The position numbers and the translations under genes were made by a program. A DNA stretch of 64,000 bases. Origin: an uncultured delta proteobacterium. GTDB lineage: Bacteria; Desulfobacterota; Syntrophorhabdia; Syntrophorhabdales; WCHB1-27. Below, piece by piece: positions 1 to 9,201 of the stretch. The first letter of the stretch is position 1. The number at the start of each line of letters is the position of its first letter. The notes under the pieces were generated by a model, which worked only from the letters and a program-made list of their open reading frames with translations, made no database searches and was not told where the DNA came from. The DNA lies in the NCBI GenBank assembly GCA_963810935.1, contig CAWEPK010000012.1, positions 128,001-192,000 on the forward strand. The letters are read 5' to 3'.

Positions 1-828
1 CCATCAGCATGACGACATACTGTCGAAACTCTACGCCATGTCCGGCACGGTACTACACCCGGACGTGCTCGACCTGCTCGGCAGCGTCTGCGGCCGCGAG
101 GAGTTCTGGATCGACCTCTGCTCGCCCCGGCTCTACTCCGTCCTCCTCAACGAAGGGCCTTTCAGAAAGACGGAAATCGGCCTCCCGGAGATATCCGTCA
201 TCGCAGAGCTTTTCCGCAACATCATTGATTTCCGCTCCCGGTTCACCGCTACGCATCGTCCGGGGTGGCAGTCGCCGCGTCCCTGCTGTCCAGGATATTC
301 GGGCTGACCGAGCAGGAGACGAAGCTTATGGAGGTGGCCGGTAACTTCCACGACGTCGGTAAACTCGTGATTCCCAACAGCATCCTCGACAAGCCCGGCC
401 CGCTGACGATAGACGAGATGGCTGTCATGAAATCGCACACGTACTACACGTATTCGATCCTCAAGACCATCGGGGGCATCGAGAACCTGGCGGAGTGGGC
501 GGCATACCACCACGAGAGGCTCGACGAGTCGGGCTACCCCTTCCACTGCGCCGGATCGGGCCTGAATACGGGCGCCAGGATCGTGGCGGTGGCGGACGTA
601 TTTACCGCGCTGGCTGAAGACCGGCCGTATCGGAAAGGGTTGGAGGACCACCGGATTACGGGCACCCTCAGGCGCTTCGCGGACACCGGCCTGCTCGACC
701 GGAAGATAGTGGGCCTGCTGATCGATAACCACGACGAGATCAGGGGCAGCGTCGCCCGGAAACAGGCCGAGGCCAGGGCCTTCTATGAAAACCAGTTCTC
801 CGCCATAGAGAACCGCCTGGTGTCGTAA
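1..828 (+). CDS. HD-GYP domain phosphodiesterase (5' end outside window; apparent frameshift near 256)
   Basis: Frames 38..307 and 265..828 join into one protein (..SRFTATH-SSGVA..); motifs HDVGK, HHERLDESGYP, VADVFTALAEDRPYR. Confidence 0.85.
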
Positions 829-877
829 CAATTCCGTGCTCGCGACCGTCGCCCGCTTTACTGCCGGCACTTAAAGG

Positions 878-886
878 TGTTAAATT
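878..886 (+). promoter_or_regulatory. Extended -10 box (TGT-TAAATT) 7 nt before mobA ATG, probable leaderless promoter
   Basis: TGnTAAATT at 878-886; no Shine-Dalgarno before ATG 894. Confidence 0.45.
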
Positions 887-893
887 TGAATCG

Positions 894-1475
894 ATGGAAG
901 TCACCTGCGCCATACTCTCCGGGGGCAGGAGCAGACGGATGGGCCACGACAAGGCGACGGCCCTGATAGGCGATACATTCCTCGTCAAGCACGTTTACGA
1001 CATCGCCCGTAAGGTGTTTGAGAGGATCGTCGTCGTGTCGAGCATCCACAACGCCATTGCAGGTGTTGACGCGCCCATTATCGCCGATATCCTGCCCGTC
1101 CCCGGCTCGCTGACCGGCATCGTCTCCGCCTTGATGTACGCGGATTCCCCGGTCGTCTTTATCATGGGGTGCGATATGCCGTTCGTCAGGCCGGAGTCGA
1201 TACGCTATGTCCTCGACGCCTACGAAGGTGGGGACGTAGTCGTGCCGAGGACCAAAGGCGGGCTCGAACCTATGCACGCCCTCTATGCAAGGAGCTGCAT
1301 CTCGCCGATGCTGACCGCGATCGAGCGGCGCAGGATGAAGGTGACCGGCGTCTTCCCCCTGCTCTCAGTAAAAATACTCCCGTTCTGCCCGCTGTTTATG
1401 GCTGACGGCGTCTCTGTCTTCGACAACGTAAACACGGAGGAGGACCTGAAGCGTGCAGAAAGACTCCTTCCCTGA
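894..1475 (+). CDS. mobA: Molybdenum cofactor guanylyltransferase
   Basis: ILSGGRSRRMGHDKA, GCDMPF, EPMHALY, FDNVNTEEDL motifs of MobA-like NTP transferases. Confidence 0.9.
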   Translation: MEVTCAILSGGRSRRMGHDKATALIGDTFLVKHVYDIARKVFERIVVVSSIHNAIAGVDAPIIADILPVPGSLTGIVSALMYADSPVVFIMGCDMPFVRPESIRYVLDAYEGGDVVVPRTKGGLEPMHALYARSCISPMLTAIERRRMKVTGVFPLLSVKILPFCPLFMADGVSVFDNVNTEEDLKRAERLLP

Positions 1476-1920
1476 AGTAGAGATAGTCGAGATGAAGGAA
1501 GAGCACCTCGACGAGGTGCTGGGCATCGAGCACCGCTCCTTCGCGGCGCCGTGGTCGCGGAAACTTTTCCGCGAAACGATGACCTTCCCATTCTCCATGA
1601 GCGTCATCCTGATGAAAAAGATTGACAAGAAGGTCATGGGTTATGCAAACTTCTACGTGATAGCCGGCGAGGTGCAGGTGTTGAACGTCGCCATCGCGCC
1701 GGAAGAGAGGAACCAGGGCTGTGCGGGCCTGCTGCTCGGCCGCTCCATCGACCTCCTCAAGAGCCGGGGAGCGCGGGACTTCTTCCTGGAGGTGCGCGAG
1801 AGCAACGCGCACGCCCTCAAGCTCTATAAGAAGCTCGGCTTCAGGAAGGTCGGCCGGAGGAAAAGATATTACACGGAGACGAACGAGGACGCGCTCGTCA
1901 TGCAGTTGAAAGCGGAGTAA
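1453..1920 (+). CDS. rimI: Ribosomal-protein-alanine N-acetyltransferase (GNAT)
   Basis: IEHRSFAAPWS, LEVRESN, LYKKLGF, RKRYY..EDALVM motifs. Confidence 0.9.
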   Translation: MQKDSFPEVEIVEMKEEHLDEVLGIEHRSFAAPWSRKLFRETMTFPFSMSVILMKKIDKKVMGYANFYVIAGEVQVLNVAIAPEERNQGCAGLLLGRSIDLLKSRGARDFFLEVRESNAHALKLYKKLGFRKVGRRKRYYTETNEDALVMQLKAE

Positions 1921-2684
1921 TGCACCCTATCGACGACATAGAAGGAACGATCATTCAGAACCAGCCCGTCGTGACGGGCCACTACCTGGCCGCAGTCAGG
2001 CTGGACAGGCCTATGCATACGCCCTCACCCGGCCAGTTCGTGATGGTCAGGACAGGCGGGGAAGGCGTCTTCCTTCGCCGCCCCTTCAGTATCCACGACT
2101 ACGGCAGGTCGGTCCTCCGCATCCTTTACAGGGTAACAGGCGCGGGGACGTCGCATCTCGCGGGCATGGTGCGAGGGGCAAAGATAGCCGTCCTGGGGCC
2201 TCTAGGCAACGGCTTCACTCCCCTTCCCGGCCATACGCCCGTGATCGTGGCAGGCGGCATAGGGATCGCCGGGGTCCATCTGTTGTGGGCGCGTATGAAG
2301 AACAAGGCATCCCTCTTCTGGGGCTGCACATCCGCAGACGACGTGGGCCTGCTCGGCCGCATCGCGGAGTGCGAGCCATATATCTCCACGATAGACGGCT
2401 CGTTCGGCTGCCGGGGCAACGTCGTAGACCTGCTGGCCGACAGCATGGGAGAGATCAAGAAACCATTCCAGGTATTCGCGTGCGGACCGGAGGCGATGTA
2501 CAGGAGCCTCGCCGGCCTCCTGGGTAAAGAACGCATACCGTGCCAGGTCTCCCTCGAAGAGCGCATGGCCTGCGGCTTCGGCGTCTGCTTCGGCTGCGTC
2601 CGGAAAACGGACGATGAAAAAGAACCCTACCAGCGGGTCTGCAAGGAAGGACCGGTCTTCGATATATGGCGGATATCTCTGTAA
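1920..2684 (+). CDS. pyrK: Dihydroorotate dehydrogenase B electron transfer subunit
   Basis: PGQFVMV, LRRPFSI, GPLGNGF, AGGIG, CGP, MACGFGVCFGC..VCKEGPVF; directly upstream of pyrD. Confidence 0.92.
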   Translation: MHPIDDIEGTIIQNQPVVTGHYLAAVRLDRPMHTPSPGQFVMVRTGGEGVFLRRPFSIHDYGRSVLRILYRVTGAGTSHLAGMVRGAKIAVLGPLGNGFTPLPGHTPVIVAGGIGIAGVHLLWARMKNKASLFWGCTSADDVGLLGRIAECEPYISTIDGSFGCRGNVVDLLADSMGEIKKPFQVFACGPEAMYRSLAGLLGKERIPCQVSLEERMACGFGVCFGCVRKTDDEKEPYQRVCKEGPVFDIWRISL

Positions 2685-3577
2685 CCCTCTTCGGAAAGCG
2701 CCTGCGCAACCCGGTCATGAACGCGTCGGGCACGCTGGGCTATGGCGTGGAAATCGAGCCTTTCTGGCCCCTCGATATCCTGGGCGCCCATGTGTCGAAA
2801 GGCCTCTCCGCCCTGCCCCACCACGGCAATCCGCAGCCGCGCATCTGGGAGGACAGGTCGGGCCTCATGAACAGCATCGGCCTCCAGAACATCGGGGTCC
2901 ATCGCTTCTTCGAGGAGGTCTTTCCCCTCTTCAAGAAAAGGCAGACGCCCGTCATAGTCAATTTCTTCGGGTTCTCGGAAGACGAGTACGCGCAGTGCGC
3001 GGAGGCCGTCCCTGAAGACGACTTCGTCTGCGCCCTGGAGATGAACCTCTCCTGTCCCAACATCAAGCAGGGCGGCATCTGCATGGGGAAGAACCCGGAT
3101 GACGTCTACAGGGTCGTCAGGCGCATCAAAGGCGTCACGCGCCTGCCGCTACTAGCGAAGCTCACCCCTGAAGTGGCCAACATCGTCGACATAGCGCGGG
3201 CAGCATATGATGCAGGCGCGGACGGGGTCACCGTCTTCAACACCCTTCCGGCAACAGCCATAGACCTCGAAGGCAAGAAGATAGCCGCGAGGGGCGGCCT
3301 CTCGGGGCCTTTCCTGAAGCCCATCGCCCTGCGCGCAGTTGCGGACATCGCGTCGGCTGTCCCGATCCCTGTCATCGGCACGGGCGGCATCATGGACGCC
3401 TCCGACGCCATCGCATTCATCATGGCCGGGGCAGCCGCAGTCCAGGTGGGCACTGCAACGCTCATCGACCCCTTCGCCATACCCAGGATCGTAAAAGGCA
3501 TCGGGGAGTATCTCGATTCACATCATATATCAGGGATAGACGCGATCAAAGGGAAGGCGCTTGCTCAAAATCGCTGA
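2666..3577 (+). CDS. pyrD: Dihydroorotate dehydrogenase B catalytic subunit
   Basis: NPVMNASGT, GNPQPR, NSIGLQN, EMNLSCPN, KLTP, GGLSG, VQVGTA motifs. Confidence 0.93.
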   Translation: MADISVTLFGKRLRNPVMNASGTLGYGVEIEPFWPLDILGAHVSKGLSALPHHGNPQPRIWEDRSGLMNSIGLQNIGVHRFFEEVFPLFKKRQTPVIVNFFGFSEDEYAQCAEAVPEDDFVCALEMNLSCPNIKQGGICMGKNPDDVYRVVRRIKGVTRLPLLAKLTPEVANIVDIARAAYDAGADGVTVFNTLPATAIDLEGKKIAARGGLSGPFLKPIALRAVADIASAVPIPVIGTGGIMDASDAIAFIMAGAAAVQVGTATLIDPFAIPRIVKGIGEYLDSHHISGIDAIKGKALAQNR

Positions 3578-5234
3578 ACACGATGCGGACGTCGCCGCCC
3601 TGCTCGAAGACGGCCTGAAGCTCCCGCCCATCGTGGCGCGCATCCTGGCATCGCGCGGCATCGGAACGTGCGAGGACGCGGAGCGTTTCCTCTATCCGAA
3701 GATCGAGCACCTCTCCGACCCCTTCTCCCTGCCCGATATGGCCTCTGCCGTAGACGCGGTCGCCTCTGCCGTGAAGTCGGGCAGGCGGATAGGCCTCTTC
3801 GGCGATTATGACGCGGACGGCATAACTGCGACGGCCCTCGTGCTCAACTTCCTCGTGGAGGCCGGCGTGCAGCCGGAAGTCTACCTGCCTGGCCGGGAAG
3901 AGGGTTACGGGCTCAACGCGCAGGCAGTCAAAGAGCTTCGCGGCAGGGGCGTAGACTTGCTGGTCTGCCTCGACTGCGGCTCGTCAAACGTAGCCGAGGT
4001 CGAGCTTGCCAACAGCCTGGGCATGGACGTCGTGGTCATAGACCACCACGAGACAACCGACCCCCTCCCCGCTGCTGCCGCCCTGGTCAATCCCAAGCGA
4101 AAGGACTCCGTGTTCCCGACACGCGAGCTTGCGGCGTGCGGCGTGGCATTCTTTTTCCTTATCGCGCTGCGTAGGGTCATGGACTCGCGCGGCATGCTTC
4201 GCGCTCCCATCAACCTGAAGCGCCAGCTCGACCTGGCCGCCCTGGGGACAGTGGCCGACATGGTCCCCCTGACCGGCGACAACCGCGTGATAGTCAAATT
4301 CGGCATGCAGATGATGGAAAAACAGCCTAGGCAGTGGCTCAAATCATTCTTCAGGCTGAAGATGATCTACGGGCAAAAGCTTGACAACTACGCGTTGAGC
4401 TTCATAATCATCCCCAGGATTAACGCGGCCGGCCGCGTCTCCCATCCTAAGACCGCCCTCGACTTCCTCATCGCCGGCGGCATGGAAGAGTGCGACACCC
4501 TTCTTGCCGCCCTTAACAGCGCCAACAGGACGCGCCAGAACATGGAAGGGCTAGTCATAGACGAGGCGACCGAGATGATGGAGGCGAACGGGGCAGCCGC
4601 GAAGCAGAGCCTCGTGTTATATAAAGAGGACTGGCCCGTCGGCGTGATCGGCATAGCCGCTCAGAAACTGGCGGAAAGCTCAGGCAAGCCGTGCATCATC
4701 TTTACCCGCGTCGACGGGACGTGGAAGGGCTCTGCCAGGGGCGTCGCCGGCCTCGACCTCTTCGGCACCGTGAGCACGCTGGCGGACCTGCTCCTGCGGT
4801 TCGGCGGCCACAAATTCGCCTGCGGCCTCTCCCTGCGCGACGACGCGCTGCACAGCTTCCCCGTCGCCTTCGAGAAAGCGGTGGCGGCTGCGCTCGTCGG
4901 GGTGGAGAAGATCGTAGCGGTCGACGGCATCGTGGACTTCGAGGAGTTGACTGCCGAGCTTGTGGAGTCCCTGGAGCTGCTTGCGCCCTTCGGCTTCGGC
5001 AACCCGCGGCCCGGCTTCCTCCTGTCGCCTTCAGCCGTCTCCACCACACGCAACAGGTCGGTCAGGCTCACCGACCGGAGGTCCCGCGTCTGGCAGGGGT
5101 TTTTGCAGAGGGGCGTCGACGTGCCGGACGTCCCCGGCGTGCAGGTGGTTGCCTCCCCTGCCTTCAGGGAGCAGATGGGGGAGCGCTTCGTGCACCTGCA
5201 GATCAGGGAGTTCGTGACACAGCAGCAGATATAA
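3561..5234 (+). CDS. recJ: Single-stranded-DNA-specific exonuclease RecJ
   Basis: GDYDADG, DHH, LGTVAD, PRINAAGR, GSAR, GGH, LAPFGFGNPRP motifs. Confidence 0.95.
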   Translation: MLKIAEHDADVAALLEDGLKLPPIVARILASRGIGTCEDAERFLYPKIEHLSDPFSLPDMASAVDAVASAVKSGRRIGLFGDYDADGITATALVLNFLVEAGVQPEVYLPGREEGYGLNAQAVKELRGRGVDLLVCLDCGSSNVAEVELANSLGMDVVVIDHHETTDPLPAAAALVNPKRKDSVFPTRELAACGVAFFFLIALRRVMDSRGMLRAPINLKRQLDLAALGTVADMVPLTGDNRVIVKFGMQMMEKQPRQWLKSFFRLKMIYGQKLDNYALSFIIIPRINAAGRVSHPKTALDFLIAGGMEECDTLLAALNSANRTRQNMEGLVIDEATEMMEANGAAAKQSLVLYKEDWPVGVIGIAAQKLAESSGKPCIIFTRVDGTWKGSARGVAGLDLFGTVSTLADLLLRFGGHKFACGLSLRDDALHSFPVAFEKAVAAALVGVEKIVAVDGIVDFEELTAELVESLELLAPFGFGNPRPGFLLSPSAVSTTRNRSVRLTDRRSRVWQGFLQRGVDVPDVPGVQVVASPAFREQMGERFVHLQIREFVTQQQI

Positions 5235-5239
5235 AGGCT

Positions 5240-6874
5240 CTAGACTTTGAACGAATGGGTCGCGCCTTCCAGATAGCGCGACAGCTCCGACAGGTTCGTC
5301 GCTGCGTCGGACATCTCCTTTGAAGAGGTGAAAGTCTCCTTCGTCACCGTGGAAATCCCGTCGATGTCCCTCGCAATCTCTTCCGTCGTTATGTTCATCT
5401 GCACCGTGGCCGCCGCTATCTGGTGGACCCCTCCGTGAAGGTGGTCGATGCTCTCTATGATGCGTGAAAGGGCGACAGACGCCTGAGAGGAGAACTCGAC
5501 CCCGGCCGCGACTTTCTCTTTCGCGCCGTCCATCGAGACGATCGTCTTCTCCACGCCTTCCCTGATCGCGTTGATCATATGGGCTATCTCGGTCGTCGAA
5601 GACGCGGTCCTCTCGGCAAGCTTCCTCACTTCGTCGGCCACCACCGAAAAGCCCCTGCCGTGCTCCCCTGCCCTGGCCGCCTCGATTGCCGCATTCAGGG
5701 CCAGGAGGTTCGTCTGGTCCGCGATGCCGTTGATCGTGGTGACGATGTCTCCGATTTTTTCGGACTGGCTGCCCAGGTCCCTGACAAAACCGAGTGTCGT
5801 TTCCATGGTCCCCGCGATCACGTTTACTTCCCTGATGGCCTTGTCCACGACCTCCTGCCCGCCCCTGGCCACCTGCACGGCCTCGTTTGCCGATGTCGCC
5901 ATAGAGTTCGAGTTGCTCGCGATTTCGCCGGACGTCTGGCCCATCTCGACGGAGCCGGCTGCCACCTGTGCCGCCCGGTTCACCTGGTCGTTCGCGCCCT
6001 CGGATAGCCGTTTGGCCGCAACGCTCATCTGCCCGCTTGCAGACGCGACGTCCTCGGCCGATGCCGCCACGTCCGCGAGCATTTTCCTGAGATTAGTGTT
6101 CATCACGTCCATCGAGCGGGCAAGAGCGCCCATTTCATCCTTGCGGCCGAGGGCGTGCGCTGACACGGGTATGGAGAAGTCGCCCTTCGACATCAGGCCT
6201 ATATGCTCCGAGCAGCGCGCCAGCGGTACGGTGATGCTCTGGGTTGTCCGCCTTGACAGGAGAGCGCCGGCGAGCAAGGCGGCAGCGCCGAGCACCAAAA
6301 AAACGATCATGGCCGCGGAGTAACGGCCCTTCGCCTCTTCGTACCTATATTGTATGCGCCCTTCGTTGTACCTGACTATATCTTGCGCAACGCGGATGGA
6401 GGCCTCCAGACTGGCTGCGAGCCCCGCGTACCGCTCGGCCGCCTCCGCATGTTTTCCCTCCATGACCAGCGCAATGACGCTGCCTGCCAGTGCCTTGCCC
6501 TTTGCGTCCTCTTCCTTCAGCCCGGCTATGAGCCGCTTGCCTTCCGGGTTGATCTCGAGGGATTCGAGCGCCATGACGGACCTCGCGGAAGCGGCGTTCT
6601 TCTCGTCTATCTTCTTCCCGGCTGCGAGGGCTGCCGCGCCGTCCCGGGACATGACAACCTTTTCGGCGAGCCGGCCGATATCGGCCAGTGCGGACCTTGC
6701 GTCGTTGGCGCTGCTTATCTTGGCCGTGTTGACCTTGACTATCCGCTCGACTGTGCGGTGCATCAGGTTGAGGTAGACGAGCCCCGTAACGACGATCGTT
6801 ATCATCAACGACAGGATTATGCCGAACCCGGTCGCCAGTCTCCGTCCTGTCCTGACATCGCTGAATAGCCTCAT
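5240..6874 (-). CDS. Methyl-accepting chemotaxis protein (two TM, four-helix sensor, HAMP, signalling domain)
   Basis: IADQTNLLALNAAIEAARAGEHGRGFSVVADEVRKLAERT signature. Confidence 0.95.
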   Translation of the reverse strand: MRLFSDVRTGRRLATGFGIILSLMITIVVTGLVYLNLMHRTVERIVKVNTAKISSANDARSALADIGRLAEKVVMSRDGAAALAAGKKIDEKNAASARSVMALESLEINPEGKRLIAGLKEEDAKGKALAGSVIALVMEGKHAEAAERYAGLAASLEASIRVAQDIVRYNEGRIQYRYEEAKGRYSAAMIVFLVLGAAALLAGALLSRRTTQSITVPLARCSEHIGLMSKGDFSIPVSAHALGRKDEMGALARSMDVMNTNLRKMLADVAASAEDVASASGQMSVAAKRLSEGANDQVNRAAQVAAGSVEMGQTSGEIASNSNSMATSANEAVQVARGGQEVVDKAIREVNVIAGTMETTLGFVRDLGSQSEKIGDIVTTINGIADQTNLLALNAAIEAARAGEHGRGFSVVADEVRKLAERTASSTTEIAHMINAIREGVEKTIVSMDGAKEKVAAGVEFSSQASVALSRIIESIDHLHGGVHQIAAATVQMNITTEEIARDIDGISTVTKETFTSSKEMSDAATNLSELSRYLEGATHSFKV

Positions 6875-6937
6875 GAAGACTCCTTGCTGTAGTTTTTGCC
6901 GGAAAGCGCCCGGTCGCGCCGCTTGCCCCTTATTTGT

Positions 6938-6964
6938 TTATCGGTGTGGAGGATATGTGATTAA
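6938..6964 (-). promoter_or_regulatory. Sigma28 (FliA)-like promoter of MCP gene
   Basis: Minus strand TTAA-N15-ACCGATAA, near TAAA-N15-GCCGATAA consensus. Confidence 0.45.
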
Positions 6965-7023
6965 CCTAGGGAAATTACTAGTGCGAGGGACTACCGGTAA
7001 TGGTTATTGCGTAGCTAACCGCC

Positions 7024-7614
7024 TTAAATGACGTCGCCGGTCAGGACCCGGGCGACAAGCTCGGAGAAGGAGCGGGCGGAAAACTTCTTCATCATCTGGT
7101 ACTTGTGGTATTCGACCGTCCTTGGAGATATGTTCAGTTGGAAGGCTATCTCTTTCGCCACGCGGCCGTTGCAGAACAGGTTTAATATCTGCTTCTGCCG
7201 TTCGGTAAGGACCGGCGCGGCCGCAGGGTTAGGCGCGGCCGCAGCGCCGCCCAGATACTTGGCTACATGGATGGAGCCGCTTACCCGGCCGTCCCGCGTA
7301 AACAAAGGCGACACGGATACAAGGATCCTGATGCCAAGGTGGGGCTCGAAGAATTCCTCTTTCTGATGGTTTCCGGTCCGCAGCGCCCTCGTATGCGGGC
7401 AACGCTCAGGCGGTGCCGCAACCCCATGGACTACCTCGAAGCACCTGCGGCCGACGATCTGCGCCGGTTCTTTCTGCAGCAGGGCGGCAAGGGCGGCATT
7501 TACCTTTACGATCCTGTAATCCCTGTCGTGGATAGAGATGAACACGGACGTAGCGTCGAGCGCCGCGTCCCACTCATAGCTGAGTGCATCCCGCTTGTCT
7601 TTACGACTCCCCAT
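7024..7614 (-). CDS. PAS domain + LuxR-type HTH transcriptional regulator
   Basis: N-terminal PAS (IHDRDYRIVKVN..GRRCFEV..CP); C-terminal LTERQKQIL..KEIAFQLNISPRTVEYH. Confidence 0.85.
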   Translation of the reverse strand: MGSRKDKRDALSYEWDAALDATSVFISIHDRDYRIVKVNAALAALLQKEPAQIVGRRCFEVVHGVAAPPERCPHTRALRTGNHQKEEFFEPHLGIRILVSVSPLFTRDGRVSGSIHVAKYLGGAAAAPNPAAAPVLTERQKQILNLFCNGRVAKEIAFQLNISPRTVEYHKYQMMKKFSARSFSELVARVLTGDVI

Positions 7615-7749
7615 TACGTTCTCTCTTTGTTTCGTTATGATGTTCGAACGAACGGTGAGAGGTCTGGCAGAATTATAGTCCATTGCGCCACGTTTTTCAA
7701 AAAAAATATCGGCGCCTTTGTGTAAGCCCCAAATGCGTTATAATATCGG

Positions 7750-8646
7750 ATGGACCTTAACCACTGCGAGATTTGTCCCAGGAGTTGCGGGGTAGACCGC
7801 ACCGCCGGGCAGCGCGGCTTCTGCCGCTGCGGCGCAGACTGCGTCGTCGCCCACTACGGCCTCCACTTCGGTGAGGAGCCGCCCGTCTCGGGTGAGCGCG
7901 GCTCCGGCACCGTCTTCTTCTCGCCGTGCAACCTGCGCTGCCTCTTCTGCCAGAACTACCAGATAAGCCAGATAGAGTCGGGCCGGGCCGTCCGGCCGGC
8001 GGAGCTTGCCGATATTTTTCTGGAGCTGGAGGCTAAGGGGGCGCACAACATCAACCTCGTCAGCCCCACGCCCTACGCGCCGCAGATATGCGATGCGATA
8101 GCGCGCGCAAAGCAGAAGGGCATCGGCATACCGTTCCTTTACAACACAAACGCCTACGAGACCGTAGAGACGCTCCGCGCACTTGCGGGCCTCATCGATA
8201 TCTACATGCCCGACCTCAAATACTGGAGCGCCGCCATAGCGGAAGACCTCTCGGCCGCTCCCGGCTATCCCGCATGTGCGATCGCCGCAGTTAAGGAGAT
8301 GAAAGAACAGGTCGGGGACCTTACGCTGTCAGGCGGCGTGGCGACGCGGGGGCTTTTAATCCGCCACCTGGTGTTACCGGGCGGCCTCGCTGGGACGAGG
8401 CGCATTATCGGCTGGATAGCGCAGAACCTCGGGCCGCAGACTGCCGTCAGTCTCATGTCCCAGTACTACCCGGCGCACCGTGCAGGCGCACGCGCCATCA
8501 TCAACAGGCGCATCAGGCCGGACGAGTACGCGCCCCTCGTGGACCTCCTTGAGGAGAAGGGCTTCGGGAACGTCTTTATTCAGGAGATGGAGAGCGCCGA
8601 ATCGTACCGGCCGGACTTCAACAAGAAACGCCCCTTCCGCCAGTGA
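7750..8646 (+). CDS. Radical SAM protein, PflX-like (pyruvate formate-lyase activating enzyme family)
   Basis: CEICPRSCGVDR, HFGEEPPVSG, CNLRCLFCQN (CxxxCxxC), GAHNINLVSPT, DIYMPDLKY, LLIRHLVLPG. Confidence 0.85.
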   Translation: MDLNHCEICPRSCGVDRTAGQRGFCRCGADCVVAHYGLHFGEEPPVSGERGSGTVFFSPCNLRCLFCQNYQISQIESGRAVRPAELADIFLELEAKGAHNINLVSPTPYAPQICDAIARAKQKGIGIPFLYNTNAYETVETLRALAGLIDIYMPDLKYWSAAIAEDLSAAPGYPACAIAAVKEMKEQVGDLTLSGGVATRGLLIRHLVLPGGLAGTRRIIGWIAQNLGPQTAVSLMSQYYPAHRAGARAIINRRIRPDEYAPLVDLLEEKGFGNVFIQEMESAESYRPDFNKKRPFRQ

Positions 8647-8677
8647 TGGAAGGGGCATGTTCGCCTCACAAACCGTA

Positions 8678-8824
8678 TCATCCGTAAAACAGCCGGAACC
8701 ATGGATACGCCAGCGAAAAAAGCGACCCGACCCAGAGGGATACCCCGTCCTTTAAACCTTTGGTCATCGGCCTTTTATGGGCCGTCGGGGAGGTGGCAGA
8801 TGTCTCTTCACACTTGTACTCCAT
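8678..8824 (-). CDS. Small hypothetical protein, 48 aa (MEYKCEETS...LWVGSLFSLAYPWFRLFYG)
   Basis: GGAGG 5 nt before ATG; follows another small ORF on the same strand; hydrophobic/aromatic C-terminus. Confidence 0.4.
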   Translation of the reverse strand: MEYKCEETSATSPTAHKRPMTKGLKDGVSLWVGSLFSLAYPWFRLFYG

Positions 8825-8850
8825 ATCATCCTCCATCCGGTCCGTTGACT

Positions 8851-9000
8851 TTATTTCAGGAGAAGACGGCGACCCAAGCCACGATCGGAGCGGCCGGTTT
8901 GCGCAATCGTCCGCAGTAGGACCTTGAGCATCTCGGCTTCGACGCGACCCGCCTTCGTGCTCGTCTCGGCCAGGCGTTCAATTTCTCTTCGTCCTTTCAT
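8851..9000 (-). CDS. Small basic hypothetical protein, 49 aa (MKGRREIERLAETSTKAG...RRLLLK)
   Basis: GGAGG 4 nt before ATG; fills intergenic gap. Confidence 0.4.
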   Translation of the reverse strand: MKGRREIERLAETSTKAGRVEAEMLKVLLRTIAQTGRSDRGLGRRLLLK

Positions 9001-9201
9001 GTTGCCTCCATCATGTTGTGTAACGTACTGTAGTTATTGCAATTGCAGTGCCGAAACGCAAGAGGAGAAGAAATTCCGCGAATTCGAAAGGAATTCAGAG
9101 AAACTGCAATCGGACGGCGCCCGATCCTAAGGCCGCGCCGGCAAGTTTTTTGTCCTTTTATAAGGATAGCGTCCTGAAAAGCGGACAGAGGCAGGAAGGT
9201 A

